Source: Eledone cirrhosa
Lineage: Eukaryota
Assembly: GCA_964016885.1 (NCBI GenBank)
Contig: OZ024755.1
Location: forward strand, 12,090,001-12,154,000
Direction: 5' to 3'
DNA: 64,000 nucleotides
The position numbers and the translations under genes are program-made. This document shows positions 43,996 through 56,103 of the stretch, piece after piece (positions within the stretch are counted from its first letter, which is position 1; the number at the start of each line of letters is the position of its first letter). The notes under the pieces were generated by a model. That model saw only the letters and a list, made by a program, of their open reading frames with translations. It was not told where the DNA came from and did not search any database.

Positions 43996-44381
43996 CATCA
44001 TCATCATCATTTTATGTCCACTTTTCCCTGCTTGCAAGGGTGGGACGGGAACTGATTCTGGCTTGATTTCTACAGCTGGATGCCCTTCCTAACACCAACC
44101 TCATTTACAGTGAGTGCTGGGTGCTTTTTTACCGTGGTGCCTACACGTCCACTTTACAGTGTGGGCTGGGTGCTATTTTGCCATGGCACCTCCACGACCA
44201 CTTTGCAGTGGAATGACATGGACCCTAGTCCTATCATCTCATATCTACAGATGAGTGAACTGGAGCAATGTGAAATAAAGTGTCTTGCTCAAGGAAACAA
44301 CACATCACCCGGTTTGAGAATTGAACTCACAACGTTTCAATTGCAAGGCCAATGCTCTAACCACTAAGCCATGTGCCTCCA
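43996..44381 (-). mobile_element. CORE-type tRNA SINE (family B) with RTE-derived 3' tail
   Basis: Minus strand: GGAGGCACATGGCTTAGTGGTTAGAGC...GAGTTCAATTCTC head, CCTTGAGCAAGACACTTTATTTCACATTGCTCCAG core, then GGTGTTAGGAAGGGCATCCAGC...(GAT)n shared with the RTE 3' UTR. Relatives at 6620-6778, 25895-26050, 28960-29098, 52700-52840, 59645-59917 and 62690-62810. Confidence 0.82.
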
Positions 44382-45193
44382 TTATATATATATTAGTTAA
44401 GGAGGGGAAGGTCAAGCCCATGACCCATTTTCTAATTTAGAGAAAATTTACTGATTATTAAGCTGGTATCTGGAACAAAGGTTCTTGCATAAAATTATGA
44501 TAGAAGTGGTTTTCATTTTTGTTTTTAGATAAATACATTTTAAAACAGTTTTATATCATAGAATCAAGTAGATTGATACCAAAAATGTTAAATGTTTGTT
44601 TTGTTTAGGTTGTTGTTTTTATTTTTTAACATGTTCTTCCTTTAAAGAAGAAAATAGTGTCATCGCAGCATCATGTGGAGTAAAATGGTAGGTTTTGAAC
44701 ACTTGTGGTCAGGTTTATGAAGTATTACAAATGATATTATTATTGAAAGATGCAATTGTTTAATAATACTGTGTGGCGTATTGTCAAAATGAAAATATCT
44801 CAAATAATACCATCCTCAAAGTAGAAATTCTATAGATATTATATGGAATTAATATGTATATTTATATTGGAACTAGGGTAGCAGATGTGATTATTCCATC
44901 TCTTCTATCCCCTCTCTCTCTCACTCTGTATATGTCTGTCTCTGTATGTATGCATGTATGATTGCAGGTAGGTATGTATCTAGGTAAGTATGTAGATATG
45001 TAGGTAGGTAAGTATGTAGTTAGGTATATATGCATGGATATGTGCATGCATTTGCAAGTGCGTTTGTGAATATATGTGCATGTGTGTAGGCATGGAGGCA
45101 TATACATTAGTGTGTGAAGGTGTGTATGTGTGCATGTACATGTATGTGTAAATGTTTTTATAAATACATGTATATGTATGTGTATGTATATGT

Positions 45194-45945
45194 ATGTATA
45201 TATGTCCCAAATGCAAGGTATGGGTGCATAAAAGATGTAGTGGGATCACAGGTAAGCTAACTAAGAATATAGATTTTATATGTGGCCCGTGCTCAGGTGC
45301 AATAAGTAGCAGCAAATGCCCACAGAATACTAGCTCATTCCATTGCCCAGATGGTTCTATAGAAATAGTGGACACCTTCCGTTACCTGGGTGACAAAATC
45401 AGCAGTGGTGGAGGGTGCTCCGAAAGTACAGTAGCTAGAGTCCGAATGGGATGGAAAAAGTTCAGAGAGCTTATACCACTATTGGCCGCTAAAGGTTTCT
45501 CTCTAAAAATAAAAGGCAGGCTGCATGATGCCTGCATACGAACAGCGATGTTACATGGCAGTGAGACATGGGCCTCGTGTGCAGAGGATCTACGCAGACT
45601 GGAGAGGAACGAAGCTTGCATGCTCCGTTGGATGTGTAATAGTAATATACGCGAATGGCAAAGCATAGATGAACTAAGTGAGAAATTAGAAATAAGAGGG
45701 ATCAGATGCTGTTTACTTGAGAGAAGACTACGTTGGTATGGTCATGTGATGCGCATGAAAGATGACACCTGTATAAAAAAGTGCAGGGCGATCAAAATAG
45801 ATGGTAGCTACAGAGTAGGCAGACCCAGAAAACCTGGGACGACTTGATAAATTCCGATCTCACACACTTACACCTCTCCAAGACAATGTCACTGGACTGA
45901 GATCTTTGGCGCTATGCAGTAATACAGAAGACCCGCCTTGCCTAA
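45194..45945 (+). pseudogene. RTE reverse-transcriptase C-terminal fragment with PHD-like Cys/His cluster
   Basis: CPKCKVWVHKRCSG...FICGPC directly precedes the FRYLG motif. The frameshifted end matches GRPRKTWDELINSDL of the copies at 7286 and 53249. Confidence 0.85.
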
Positions 45946-46334
45946 GTACAAAGCGAAACCTACAGTTAGTAGGCACCTCTTAACCAAAATACACCCCATC
46001 CCACTACCCCCACCCCATCCACACCACCCCTTTCGATGTAAAGTTATGTTGGTACCACAACATCCAGTCCTAAATAAATGAGGTCGTGCAGGTGTCACGA
46101 CAAAAACCACACAGTCCACGCTGTAATGTGGCCATGTAGGAAACACGGTAAAAACCTCCCAGTCCACACTGTAAACGTGGTTGGTGTTAGGAAGGGCATC
46201 CAGCCTTAGAAAACCCGCCAGACAGTCCTGAGCAAGACAACCAATCTTGCCTCAAGTGGGACAATTCCCGTCCAGACCCATGCTAGCGTGGAAGATGGAC
46301 GGTAAATGATGATGATGATGATGATGATGATGAT
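45194..46334 (+). mobile_element. 5'-truncated RTE-clade LINE (3' part of ORF plus 3' UTR with (GAT)n tail)
   Basis: Motifs VDTFRYLGD, MLHGSETW, ERRLRWYGHVMR and GRPRK. 1-bp frameshift near 45830 relative to sister copies. 3' UTR ends in (GAT)n. Confidence 0.92.
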
Positions 46335-48623
46335 ATATGTATGTGTGTATATATTTGTATGTCTGTATATGTATGTGTGGGGGGGGGTATACATTTTGGG
46401 TGGTATGTGTGTGTGTGGGGGGGGGGATATATGTCTGTATTTGTGTTTATATATGTGTGTATGAATGTGTATGTGTAAATTCAACTAACAAATCAGAAAT
46501 TTCTCATTTTAATGATGTTTGGGTTCCACAGAGAATTTCTCTCAGGTAACCAATGATTATTGCTCAACTCTTTAGTAGTCATCAGATTTCAATCACACAC
46601 ATACACACACAATTTATTTTAGATAAGAATCATTTCCATTTGAAAATAAATTTTGTACATGTTCTACCTAATATATCGAGTACCTTACATAATTAGTCTT
46701 TTTCTGTTCCTCTGTGGAAAACCATTGAAGAGAGAGAGAAGTGCAGAGATGCTGTATTTGAGAAGAATGTCTAACTCATGTGATAATGGAAAATAAATGG
46801 GAAAATAGTGATAATGTACACATATATTTTCTTTACTGATCTTAGTCATTAGACTGTGGCCATGCAGAGGCACACAACTTTAGGGAATTCAGTTATCATA
46901 TCAATCCCAGTATTTATCTTGTGAAGTCTAGTATTTATTTTATTGATCTATTTTTGTTGAACAACTAAATTACAGAACATGTATATGTAAATGCACATGC
47001 ATATATAGGCTTCTACATAGTTTATGTCTCTCAAATTTCAGTCACATTGCATAGATCAACCTGGAGCTATAATAAAAGACACTTGCACAAGGTACCACAC
47101 AGTGGGACTGAACCAGAAACCTCATAGTTGCAAAGCAAACTCCCTAACTACACAGTCATACCTGTATTATATAGAAAAAGTGAATCATGAGAAATACAGA
47201 AAGCACCAAGTCGTTATTAAATCAGACAAGAAAAATACAGTCTGTAAAAAGTTGGCAAAGATTGTTTCAAGAAATACTTTCGTATTTTGTATTTTTTCTC
47301 CTTTGCCAAAGTGTTTAGATTGCAAAACTGAAAACTTTACCAACGTGTGTAAACAATAGCAATATGGTTGGAATTGTGCCAAAGACATTCTTAGCAATAT
47401 CTAATGCAAGTAAATGTTCTGTATAGTTATCTTAAATATGTAGACGATGCAATAATAGCATGATAACTGCATCAGGTATTAAACATTATGCACATTTGAC
47501 ATATTTGCATAAGATGAAGAAACAAATATAATTATTTTCATGTACATCAGTAGATACGTTTGTAACAAGAATGACTCAACACATTACTTTAAGCCCATAC
47601 CATCATCATCACCATTTTACATCAATTTCCCAAGCTGGCATGGGTTAGATAGGTTGTCACATTCAGATGCTTGACTGATAAGCTAACCATATAATACTCA
47701 TACATTCCATTCTGGCATGGTTTCTATGGCTAAACACCCTTCCTAATGCCAACTACATTACAGCATGAACTAGATCCATTTTATTGTGGCACCAGCACTA
47801 CCCCTTTAAAGGGTAGATTGGGTGCTTTTTATCATGGAACCAGTACTATGCACATGTATTCTGTTTAGATATACCATATCCCTTTGATATAAGAAATAAG
47901 GAAAAGGGTAGGTATCATGAAGGGTATCTGGATGTAAAACCCTACTTCACAACAGACCGCATGATCAACATGAAATATGCCATGAGGGCCTGCAAAGCAA
48001 ACTCTGGCTTTAGAAGGGAAAAAGGCCTTAAAATGCTTGTGTATCCACAATACTGCTGCATCCTATATTGAAGTGCTCACAGTATATTAAAGATGAAGTC
48101 TTGGTCTTGCCATATTGGTGGATGTCTCCGTCATCTTGAGAGTCTATGATGGGGAGGTACAGCATAAAAAATGCTGAAGGGGTGCAAAATATGGTTTTAC
48201 TTGATAGCAAATTGACAGCTAATCATGTACGTGCATGTGTGTGTGTGTGTGTATAAGTAAAAATTGAAGGCAAACTTCACAATAGACTATTACTTTCAAA
48301 ATGACACAATTTTTGTCTCACCGATCAACACAAGCTGAGGGAGTGATAATTGGTAGATGGAAATTGTATGGAAGCCCATCAGATGAATTTTGTGCTGCTT
48401 TGTCACACAATGTGTCATACTGATTTCAATTCATAATTACATCATGAGTACACATGTCTGTGGAATACTCAACCACTTTGTATGCTTATTCAATGTGTAG
48501 TTCATTTGAGTTGATTGAAAAGCTGGATGACCTAATCATACATCACTCTCAATAAGCGAATCCACTATAATCATCATTTATGAGAAACAGTTTGGGACAA
48601 AAGTTTTTGTGTGTTTGTATCTG

Positions 48624-49019
48624 AATACAAAGTAAAACCTACTACAGTCAGTAGGCATCTCTAACAAAACACACCCCGTCCCACCACCCCCACCCCATCC
48701 ACACCGCCCCTTTCAATGTAAAGTTATGTTGGTGCCACAACATCCAGGCCGAAACAAATGAGGTCGTGTAGGTGTCACGACAAAAAAACACACAGTCCAC
48801 GCTGTAATGTGGCCGTGTAGGCAACACGGTAAAATCCTCCCAGCCCCACACTGTAAATGTGGTTGGTGTTAGGAAGGGCATCCAGCTGTAGAAAACCCGC
48901 CAGACAGTCCTGTACGAGCAAGACAACCACTCTTGCCTCAAGTGGGAAAACTCCCGTCCAAACCCATGCAAGCGTGGAACATGGACGTTAAACGATGATG
49001 ATGATGATGATGATGATGA
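48624..49019 (+). mobile_element. RTE LINE 3' UTR-only copy
   Basis: Reverse complement of 52851-53248; ends in (GAT)n. Confidence 0.88.
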
Positions 49020-49072
49020 GATTAGATATAAAGCTATCAATCTATCTATCTATCTATCTATATGCTAGAAAA

Positions 49073-50023
49073 GATCCGGAAAACTGGGAGACTGGCACAC
49101 TGAGTGTGCTCAGGCGCTCAGGGCTCTCTGGCAAGCGGGCCGGGCCATCGGTGGAGAATCCACCTCATCATTCTATAGAGGGCTGGTGGCTAGCAGGGGC
49201 GATGACACCCTTGGAGAGTCGCTGGACATGGAAGAAGACGAACTGGCCAGCCTGTTCGGTAGGACTTTCGGCCCAGGACCAATGGACAACTTCCAGAAGT
49301 CACTGGCCTGGCAGTGCTACCGAGGGGCTCTACCCGTTCGAGAGAGGCTCTACAGACACGGGCGCCCGGGCAGGGATCCCTCAAAAAAGATTTGCCCTAG
49401 ATGCGTGCGTCACGAAGAAACCGTAGCGCACGCATTGGTGCAATGTCCGGGCGTGGCTGATCTGTGGGGCTACGCCGAACAACTGCTGTCGCGGGTGGCG
49501 CCGATTAAATTGACCGCCGAGTCCGTGATGACAATCAAACCGCCTCCCCTCTTCACAAAGGAAGCAAAGGCGGTTTTTCTGTGCGTAATAGCCATGTTGA
49601 AAGAGGTTGTTTGGTGGACACGATTGAAAGGTCTGAGGTCAGGCAACTTCCTCTCTGGCCATAGTCTGGTCTACTTCTTCCGATATCACTTCGGAAGAAG
49701 GATAAGAATGGAGAGAGAGGTGCTTGGCCACAGGCAGTTTTATGAAAGGTGGGTGATAGTGGCGAGAATGGCTCGTGTAAATGGGCCTTCTCTGTATACC
49801 ATCCTGTAGGTAAAGAAGTAAAGGAGAGGGGAGCACCTTCTCCATGTGCTCCCCGGGCAAAGGATTGCACACTTTTTCGGGGGTGTGTGCAACCCCCATC
49901 ACGTCCCCTACCTTTTGAGGTTATTTTCGATTATTTTCATGTTACACCCTTTTTACTCGATTATATGTAAACTCCCCCTTTGTATTTGTCCCTTCTTTTT
50001 ATGCCTTTATGGTAAATAAAGAA
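49073..50023 (+). mobile_element. 5'-truncated Tx1/L1-clade non-LTR retrotransposon (ORF2 C-terminus plus 3' UTR)
   Basis: GC-rich island. 21-bp direct repeat ATCTATCTATATGCTAGAAAA at 49052-49072 and 50024-50044 (TSD). AATAAA at 50015-50020 near the 3' end. Confidence 0.88.
49075..49809 (+). pseudogene. Tx1/L1-like ORF2 C-terminal fragment with zf-RVT zinc knuckle
   Basis: Frame is open from the 5' junction to TAG at 49807-49809. Motifs LAWQCYRGALPVRERL and CPRCVRHEETVAHALVQC (C-x2-C-x8-H-x4-C) match the L1/Tx1 C-terminal CCHC domain. Confidence 0.85.
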
Positions 50024-51913
50024 ATCTATCTATATGCTAGAAAATATATAAAACTATTTTATGCTAGAATATTAAAGAAAATGTAGCAAAAATTACTTGG
50101 CCCAATGACTTTATATGTTGAGAAAAATAGGAAGTTGTGGTACTGATGCCCTTCTAATGATATTAGTGGTGGTGGTGGTTGGTGCTACAACATGGTTGTA
50201 ATCAGGAATACAAACACACAAAAACTTTTGTCCCAAATAGGACACACACACACACACACACACCATCATCATCATAGTAAATACAAATACACACATACAC
50301 ACACATATGTACAAAAGTATTTTGGCAAATAGTGATGGCAGTTGAGAGAGAGAGAGAGAGAGAAAGGAAGAGAGAACCATTCCTTTCCCCTTATAAATCT
50401 GTAACCTAACGTGTGTAGCCTTGAATAAACTCCATGTTTAAGAATATACAGACGTGACACTGAGCTGGGGGTAGTGCCAAAGTAATTAACTGCAACAGCA
50501 AATGCTGAAGGAATCTCCAAGATTTCCACCCGCTTTGATTTATGAATTTATATATTTATAGAATTATTTATTTATTTATGATGTATGTATTCAAGTATTT
50601 ATCTTTTTCATCCATTTTTGTAAAAATACAATGACGTTATCATTTGTAAGACACCTAGCAGAATCAAAATTAGTATACATATATATGTATTTGTGATGTT
50701 GTTTCTTCATGAATGACCTAGTGGTTAGGGTGGACTTATGTGTTCATCGGTTCAATTTCTCAACTGGACAATACATTGTGCTCTTCAGCAAGACACTAGT
50801 TCATGTTGCTTTTAATACCAAACCACTTAAAGCTACCCTTGGTTTTACAATACAAAGCTGTTTATTGTAAAGTTATTATATAAAAACACCTTCCATCATA
50901 ATTTTTAGTAAAAACCTTTGTTAAGTTATGTTTTGAACACCACCAACCTCATAATGATAAAGTTAGTTATATAACTAAGTCCTTCAAAAATCTTGCTTAT
51001 TCAAAAGTTTATTTGAAAATCAACGGCAGTCTTTCATTAAAAATATGGTAATGCAAGAGTTAAAATACCCACCAAACCCATGCAAGTATAGAAAACGGAT
51101 TTAAGCTGATGATGATGGATTCATAGATCTAGGAAATATTGATGGATATTTACAATCGTAACTTTCTATTATTTATTTTTACTGTTTATGTTTGGGATTA
51201 GGTGTCGAGCATGTTTAATACCTGGTGTAATCTTTATAGCTATGGCATAGATCCAACCAATTAACATATATAAATGACAATACAAGATTGAAGTAGAGAT
51301 AAGGTTTCATTGTATTTAGTTATGTTCTGAGTGGTGGTAATAAAACAGTTGCAGGGAAAATCAGGAGGAGAAAATGTATAGAGGCAGGATTAAAGTTATG
51401 GATTCTCTACCGAATAGTTACAAGCTTACAAATTTCTATTGTGCTCAATAACTCTGGATTACTTTAATAGCCTTGATCATACTACCTTATAAAACAAACA
51501 CTATCTAGTAGATACTGCTGTTTTTATGTGGTAGCTGTAGAATTAGCATTAAAAGAGAATTCCTGTAATACATTGTAGTCCAAACAAAGAATGAAAATAT
51601 CTTGATTTATAAATAATTTGGATTATTTATCAAATTATCAACATACATCTGTTTTCCTTATATATAATTATCTCCATCATATATTTTCCATATATATAAT
51701 CCTTCTCATCATCATCATCATCATCATCATATGTTTTCCCCTACATATCATTTTACATCCTCTTTTTCACACTTGCATGGGTTGGATGGCTCGTTTTCCA
51801 CACAGTGGCTTTCCATTCATTACATCCTGCAGCTAATCAATGCTACATCATTCATGCATATTAACATTACACATTGTTGTAACTTATCATTTAGCATCCA
51901 TTTTTTTTACCTT

Positions 51914-52114
51914 GCTAGCTTATATATGACCCGGCGTTGCTCAGGATTCTAAACATAGATTGGCATGTTTATCCCTCCTTTCTGAAACAGTACAGGATGG
52001 TGCCTAAAACCAGGGTTTTTTCCCATGTGAAGAAAATCTATACTTTATTGCGAAATAAATACTTTTGTTTATATTTTGTTATTGTGTATGCAAAAATATC
52101 TGTACACGAGTATA

Positions 52115-52162
<48 letters not shown>

Positions 52163-52610
52163 TAACAGATTAAAGTTTAAGCAAAGAATCGCTGCTTTCA
52201 CCCTTACCGGGATCTTCTGAAACTAAAAAATTCAATCTGTGAATGCAGAAGTAAATATTTCGAAAAACGTTACACACTATATATATATATACACACATTA
52301 TATATACACACACACATATAGCGTCATAATATCGTAATGCAGACAGACAGACATACAAACAGATATTATAAGGGCACAACATTATATCTATGTATCTATC
52401 TAAAAAGAAAGACTAAGAATGATAGAGAGAGATCGCTAAATCGCCTAATGCGGTCCCTAGGGCATTGAAAATTTGAAATATTTTTTGTTCAAAACACTCA
52501 CAGGACCATAAGTATTACATGTGAAAATTTGAAAACAATCGGTTGGGAGGTTCTCGAGTTTTAGGGAGTCAGACAGACTGACAGACATTCTCTATTTTCG
52601 ATATATAGAT
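51914..52610 (+). mobile_element. Second Helentron/HINE-like element with nested microsatellite and hammerhead insert
   Basis: CTAGC...ACCCGGCGTTGCTCAGG start; shared AATCGGTTGGG...TTCTCGAGTTTTAGGGA block; CAGACAGAC...ATATATAGAT end. Confidence 0.65.
52165..52240 (-). ncRNA. Hammerhead-like fold with CAGAAGA (U4A) core
   Basis: Minus strand reads AGTTT-CAGAAGA-TCCCggtaaGGGT-GAAA-GCA-gcgattctt-TGC-TT-AAACT. Stem I extends by ACAGATTGAA/TTTAATCTGT. A partial sister copy lies at 43909-43960. Confidence 0.45.
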
Positions 52611-52850
52611 ATATATATCGTCAGTCGATCGACTTTCGTCAAATCAGACCAAGGAAACAATGTTTCCATGGGTCTTTCCAATTGCTAATACTATCTATCG
52701 GTCACAACTCCAGGTAGACGGAGCAACGTGAAATAAACTGCCTTGCTCAAGGACATAATGCATCACCCGGTCCAGGAATCGGAATCACAACCTAACGATT
52801 GTGAATCCAATTCTCTAACCACTCAGCCACACGCCTTCACTATTATATAT

Positions 52851-53566
52851 ATCATCATCATCATCATCATCATCGTTTAACGTCCGTGTTCCACGCTTGC
52901 ATGGGTTTGGACGGGGGTTTTCCCACTTGAGGCAAGAGTGATTGTCTTGCTCGCATAGGACTGTCTGGCAGGTTTTCTACAGTTGGATGCCCTTCCTAAC
53001 ACCAACCACATTTACAGTGTGGGTCTGGGAGGTTTTTACCGTGTTGCCTACACGGCCACATTACAGCGTGGACTGTGTGTTTTTTTGTCGTGACACCTAC
53101 ACGATCTCATTTGTTTCGGCCCGGATGGCGCGGCACCAACATAACTTTACATAGAAGGGGTGGTGTGGATGGGGTAGGGGTGGGGGTGGTGGGACGGGGT
53201 GTATTTTGTTAGAGATGCCTACTGACTGTAGTAGGTTTTACTTTGTATTTAGGTAAGGCGGGTCTTCTCTATTACTGAGTACCACCAAAGATCTCGGTCC
53301 AGTGACATTGTCTTGGTGAGGTGTAAGTGTGTGAGGTCGGAGTTTATCAGCTCGTCCCAGGTTTTTCTCGGTCTGCCTATTCCGTGGCTACCGTCTATCT
53401 TTATTGCCCTGCACTTTGTTATACAGCTATCGTCCTTCATGCGCATCACGTGACCATACCAACGTAGCCTTCTCTCTAGTAAACAACATCTGATCCCTCT
53501 TATTTCTAATGTTTTCCTTAGTTCGTTTATGCTTTGTCGTTCACGTATATTACTATTACACATCCA
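52851..53566 (-). mobile_element. 5'-truncated RTE LINE copy (same family as 45194)
   Basis: Encodes WMCNSNIRERQSINELRK...RLRWYGHVMR...GRPRKTW. Shared 3' UTR and (CAT)n tail on the + strand. The 5' junction abuts (TA)n. Confidence 0.92.
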
Positions 53567-53567
53567 G

Positions 53568-53609
<42 letters not shown>

Positions 53610-54362
53610 TATATATATATGTATATATAACGAAGGAAATGTGGTAAGGAACCAGGTGGACCATAACGCACCAAAGTACTCGATACTTAGGGTAGTAGAG
53701 TGGGTATATATATATATTTATATTATAAGAACAGATTAAAATTTACATTTATTATTACTATAAATATATATAATAGGTAGATTCTCAAAGGGGATCAGGA
53801 GGTGACCACAGTTAAAGAAGGTAGAGTATAAGAGTTTTTATTTTATATAGAAATGACTTCTACAGAACTGATGATTTCATATGCATTCCAGAAAAGTGGT
53901 GCATCCACATAGACTTAATATTTCAGGACATAGTGGGTGGTGAATTAGCAGCGCTATTAAAGCATTGGACAAATGCTTTACTGTATTTATTCCAACTCTT
54001 TACATTCCAAGTACAACTTTGCCTTTCATCATTCCAGGGCAATAAAATAAAGTACTACTCAAATACTGGGGTTGATTTAATCAACTGTGCCCTTCCCTCA
54101 AATTTTCTGGCCTTGCGCCTAAATTAGAAATCAGTATTTCTGGTTATATATTTACTTGATCTTAAACTCTGCTCTGAAGAGTTTATATATCATGAAGATA
54201 TATTTTGTTTGCTTTCATCTTTGTGTTCATATTTTGTTGCTAGCGTTTTTGCATTTTGTTTTATTTCCTCCTTCAATAAACATTAAAAATGTACATTTAG
54301 ATTATATATATATATCATCATCATCATCATCGTTTAACGTCCATCTTCCACGCTTGCATGGG

Positions 54363-54394
<32 letters not shown>

Positions 54395-54397
54395 GAT

Positions 54398-54453
<56 letters not shown>

Positions 54454-55929
54454 TATATATATATATATATATATATAATCTTAATCATTAAATTGAAAAA
54501 ATGTTTTTAAATATAGAAGTGCTGAAAATATTTTCAGTAGAGTCAAGTGAAGGTAAATAACTAAACAAAACAAGCAACATTTATTGATTATATACATCCA
54601 TATACACATACACAAATATACATACATATACATATATATATTATATATATATATATATATACATATATATAATACATATATACATATACACATACACAAA
54701 TATACATACATATACATATATATATATTATATATATATACATATATATAATACATATATACATATACACACATATGTATACATCCATGCACATGCATACA
54801 TAGGTATACATACATATACATGCATGCACACACGTGACACTAAAGTCATGGAGATTTATCAATTTGTGAAATTAGGAAAAATAAAATTTCCAAATTCGTT
54901 CCATACCGAGCTGATAGAATATTTGGCGTCAATTCAAATAATGTGTCTTGTTTAGAGTCAGCAGTGCACCCATATGTTCTATGACTAAACTATTTGATTC
55001 CCTCATCATGAAGCTGTAGGTAGTGGAACCATTATAATTGACAAATGTTTCATTAGCTTCATATGTGGAGTAAACCCATTCATGAGCATATTTCAAATGA
55101 AACACTATTTCAAATAATGTATTAAGAATTTTGAAGAATTTACTAAAATTATTTGACATTACTAAGGTAGTAAACTTAACATATGGTTCATATATATAAT
55201 TATGTTGGAAGATTTTAATTTAAATGAACACTTGAAAATGGGTGATTTTCTTTCATAGAACCAGAACCAATTTTGGCTGGGTTAGTATGAAAAGAATTAA
55301 TTTCTTCTGTGGCTAATTTGTAATCTTTAGTCTTTTCTGCACATACCACTCCTTAACTTTCAATGGTAATGGTTTTGTACAGATCGGGTTAGGAGGTGAA
55401 TAAGAGATCAAATGTGTTTTGTAATGTAAATGTGTTGGTAAGGAATATGTCTAGCTGGTGATACTAATTGTTGTAGAGTGTTATATTTTGCTGAAGGAAT
55501 TAGGAATTAGCTTTTTTTTAGAATAGATACACCCTGTCCTAGTTTTTAGAATAGGTGCTCTGTGTCCATACATGTGGTAGGAGGCAGCTGAAAAAGTTAG
55601 CATCAATCAGGAATGACAACTGCCTGTAAAACAGTCTCAAAACATCCCATCCAACCCATTCCAGCATAGAAAAGTGGATGTGAAAACAATGATGATAAAA
55701 CAATTTATATAATATGATTAACAAAAGAAACAAATAAAAATGAGCCAAAGTATAAAAAATAGAAAAAATGTGCACACTCAATTACATGTTGATGTTTCTA
55801 CAAGTTTTTGAGGCAAGCCAAGACACCTCAGTGTAGTGGATGATAGCAAGGCTAAGGCAATGGAATAGCCAAGCACCCTCATAAGCATCAACTGATATTT
55901 CAGTAAGGTGAGCCACCAACAATTAGCAG

Positions 55930-56030
55930 AGGCATTAGTATGGGAGGAGTGTGAAAGCCAAGAAGGGTCATAAACATTGAAGTCACCAAGAGCAATGTCT
56001 CTATGCAAGACAGGATATGATCAACGAGGA
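55930..56030 (-). pseudogene. Degenerate non-LTR retrotransposon AP-endonuclease fragment
   Basis: Translation IALGDFNVYDPSWLSHSSHTNAS resembles the GDFN(V)H...W motif of CR1/L2/Jockey-type APE domains. Short and decayed. Confidence 0.45.
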
Positions 56031-56103
56031 GTTTGGGTGTAGCTCTTAAAGTGCCTGTTTTAAAGTGTCCATACTTATATTAAAACAGTCCCACATAATT
56101 TTA

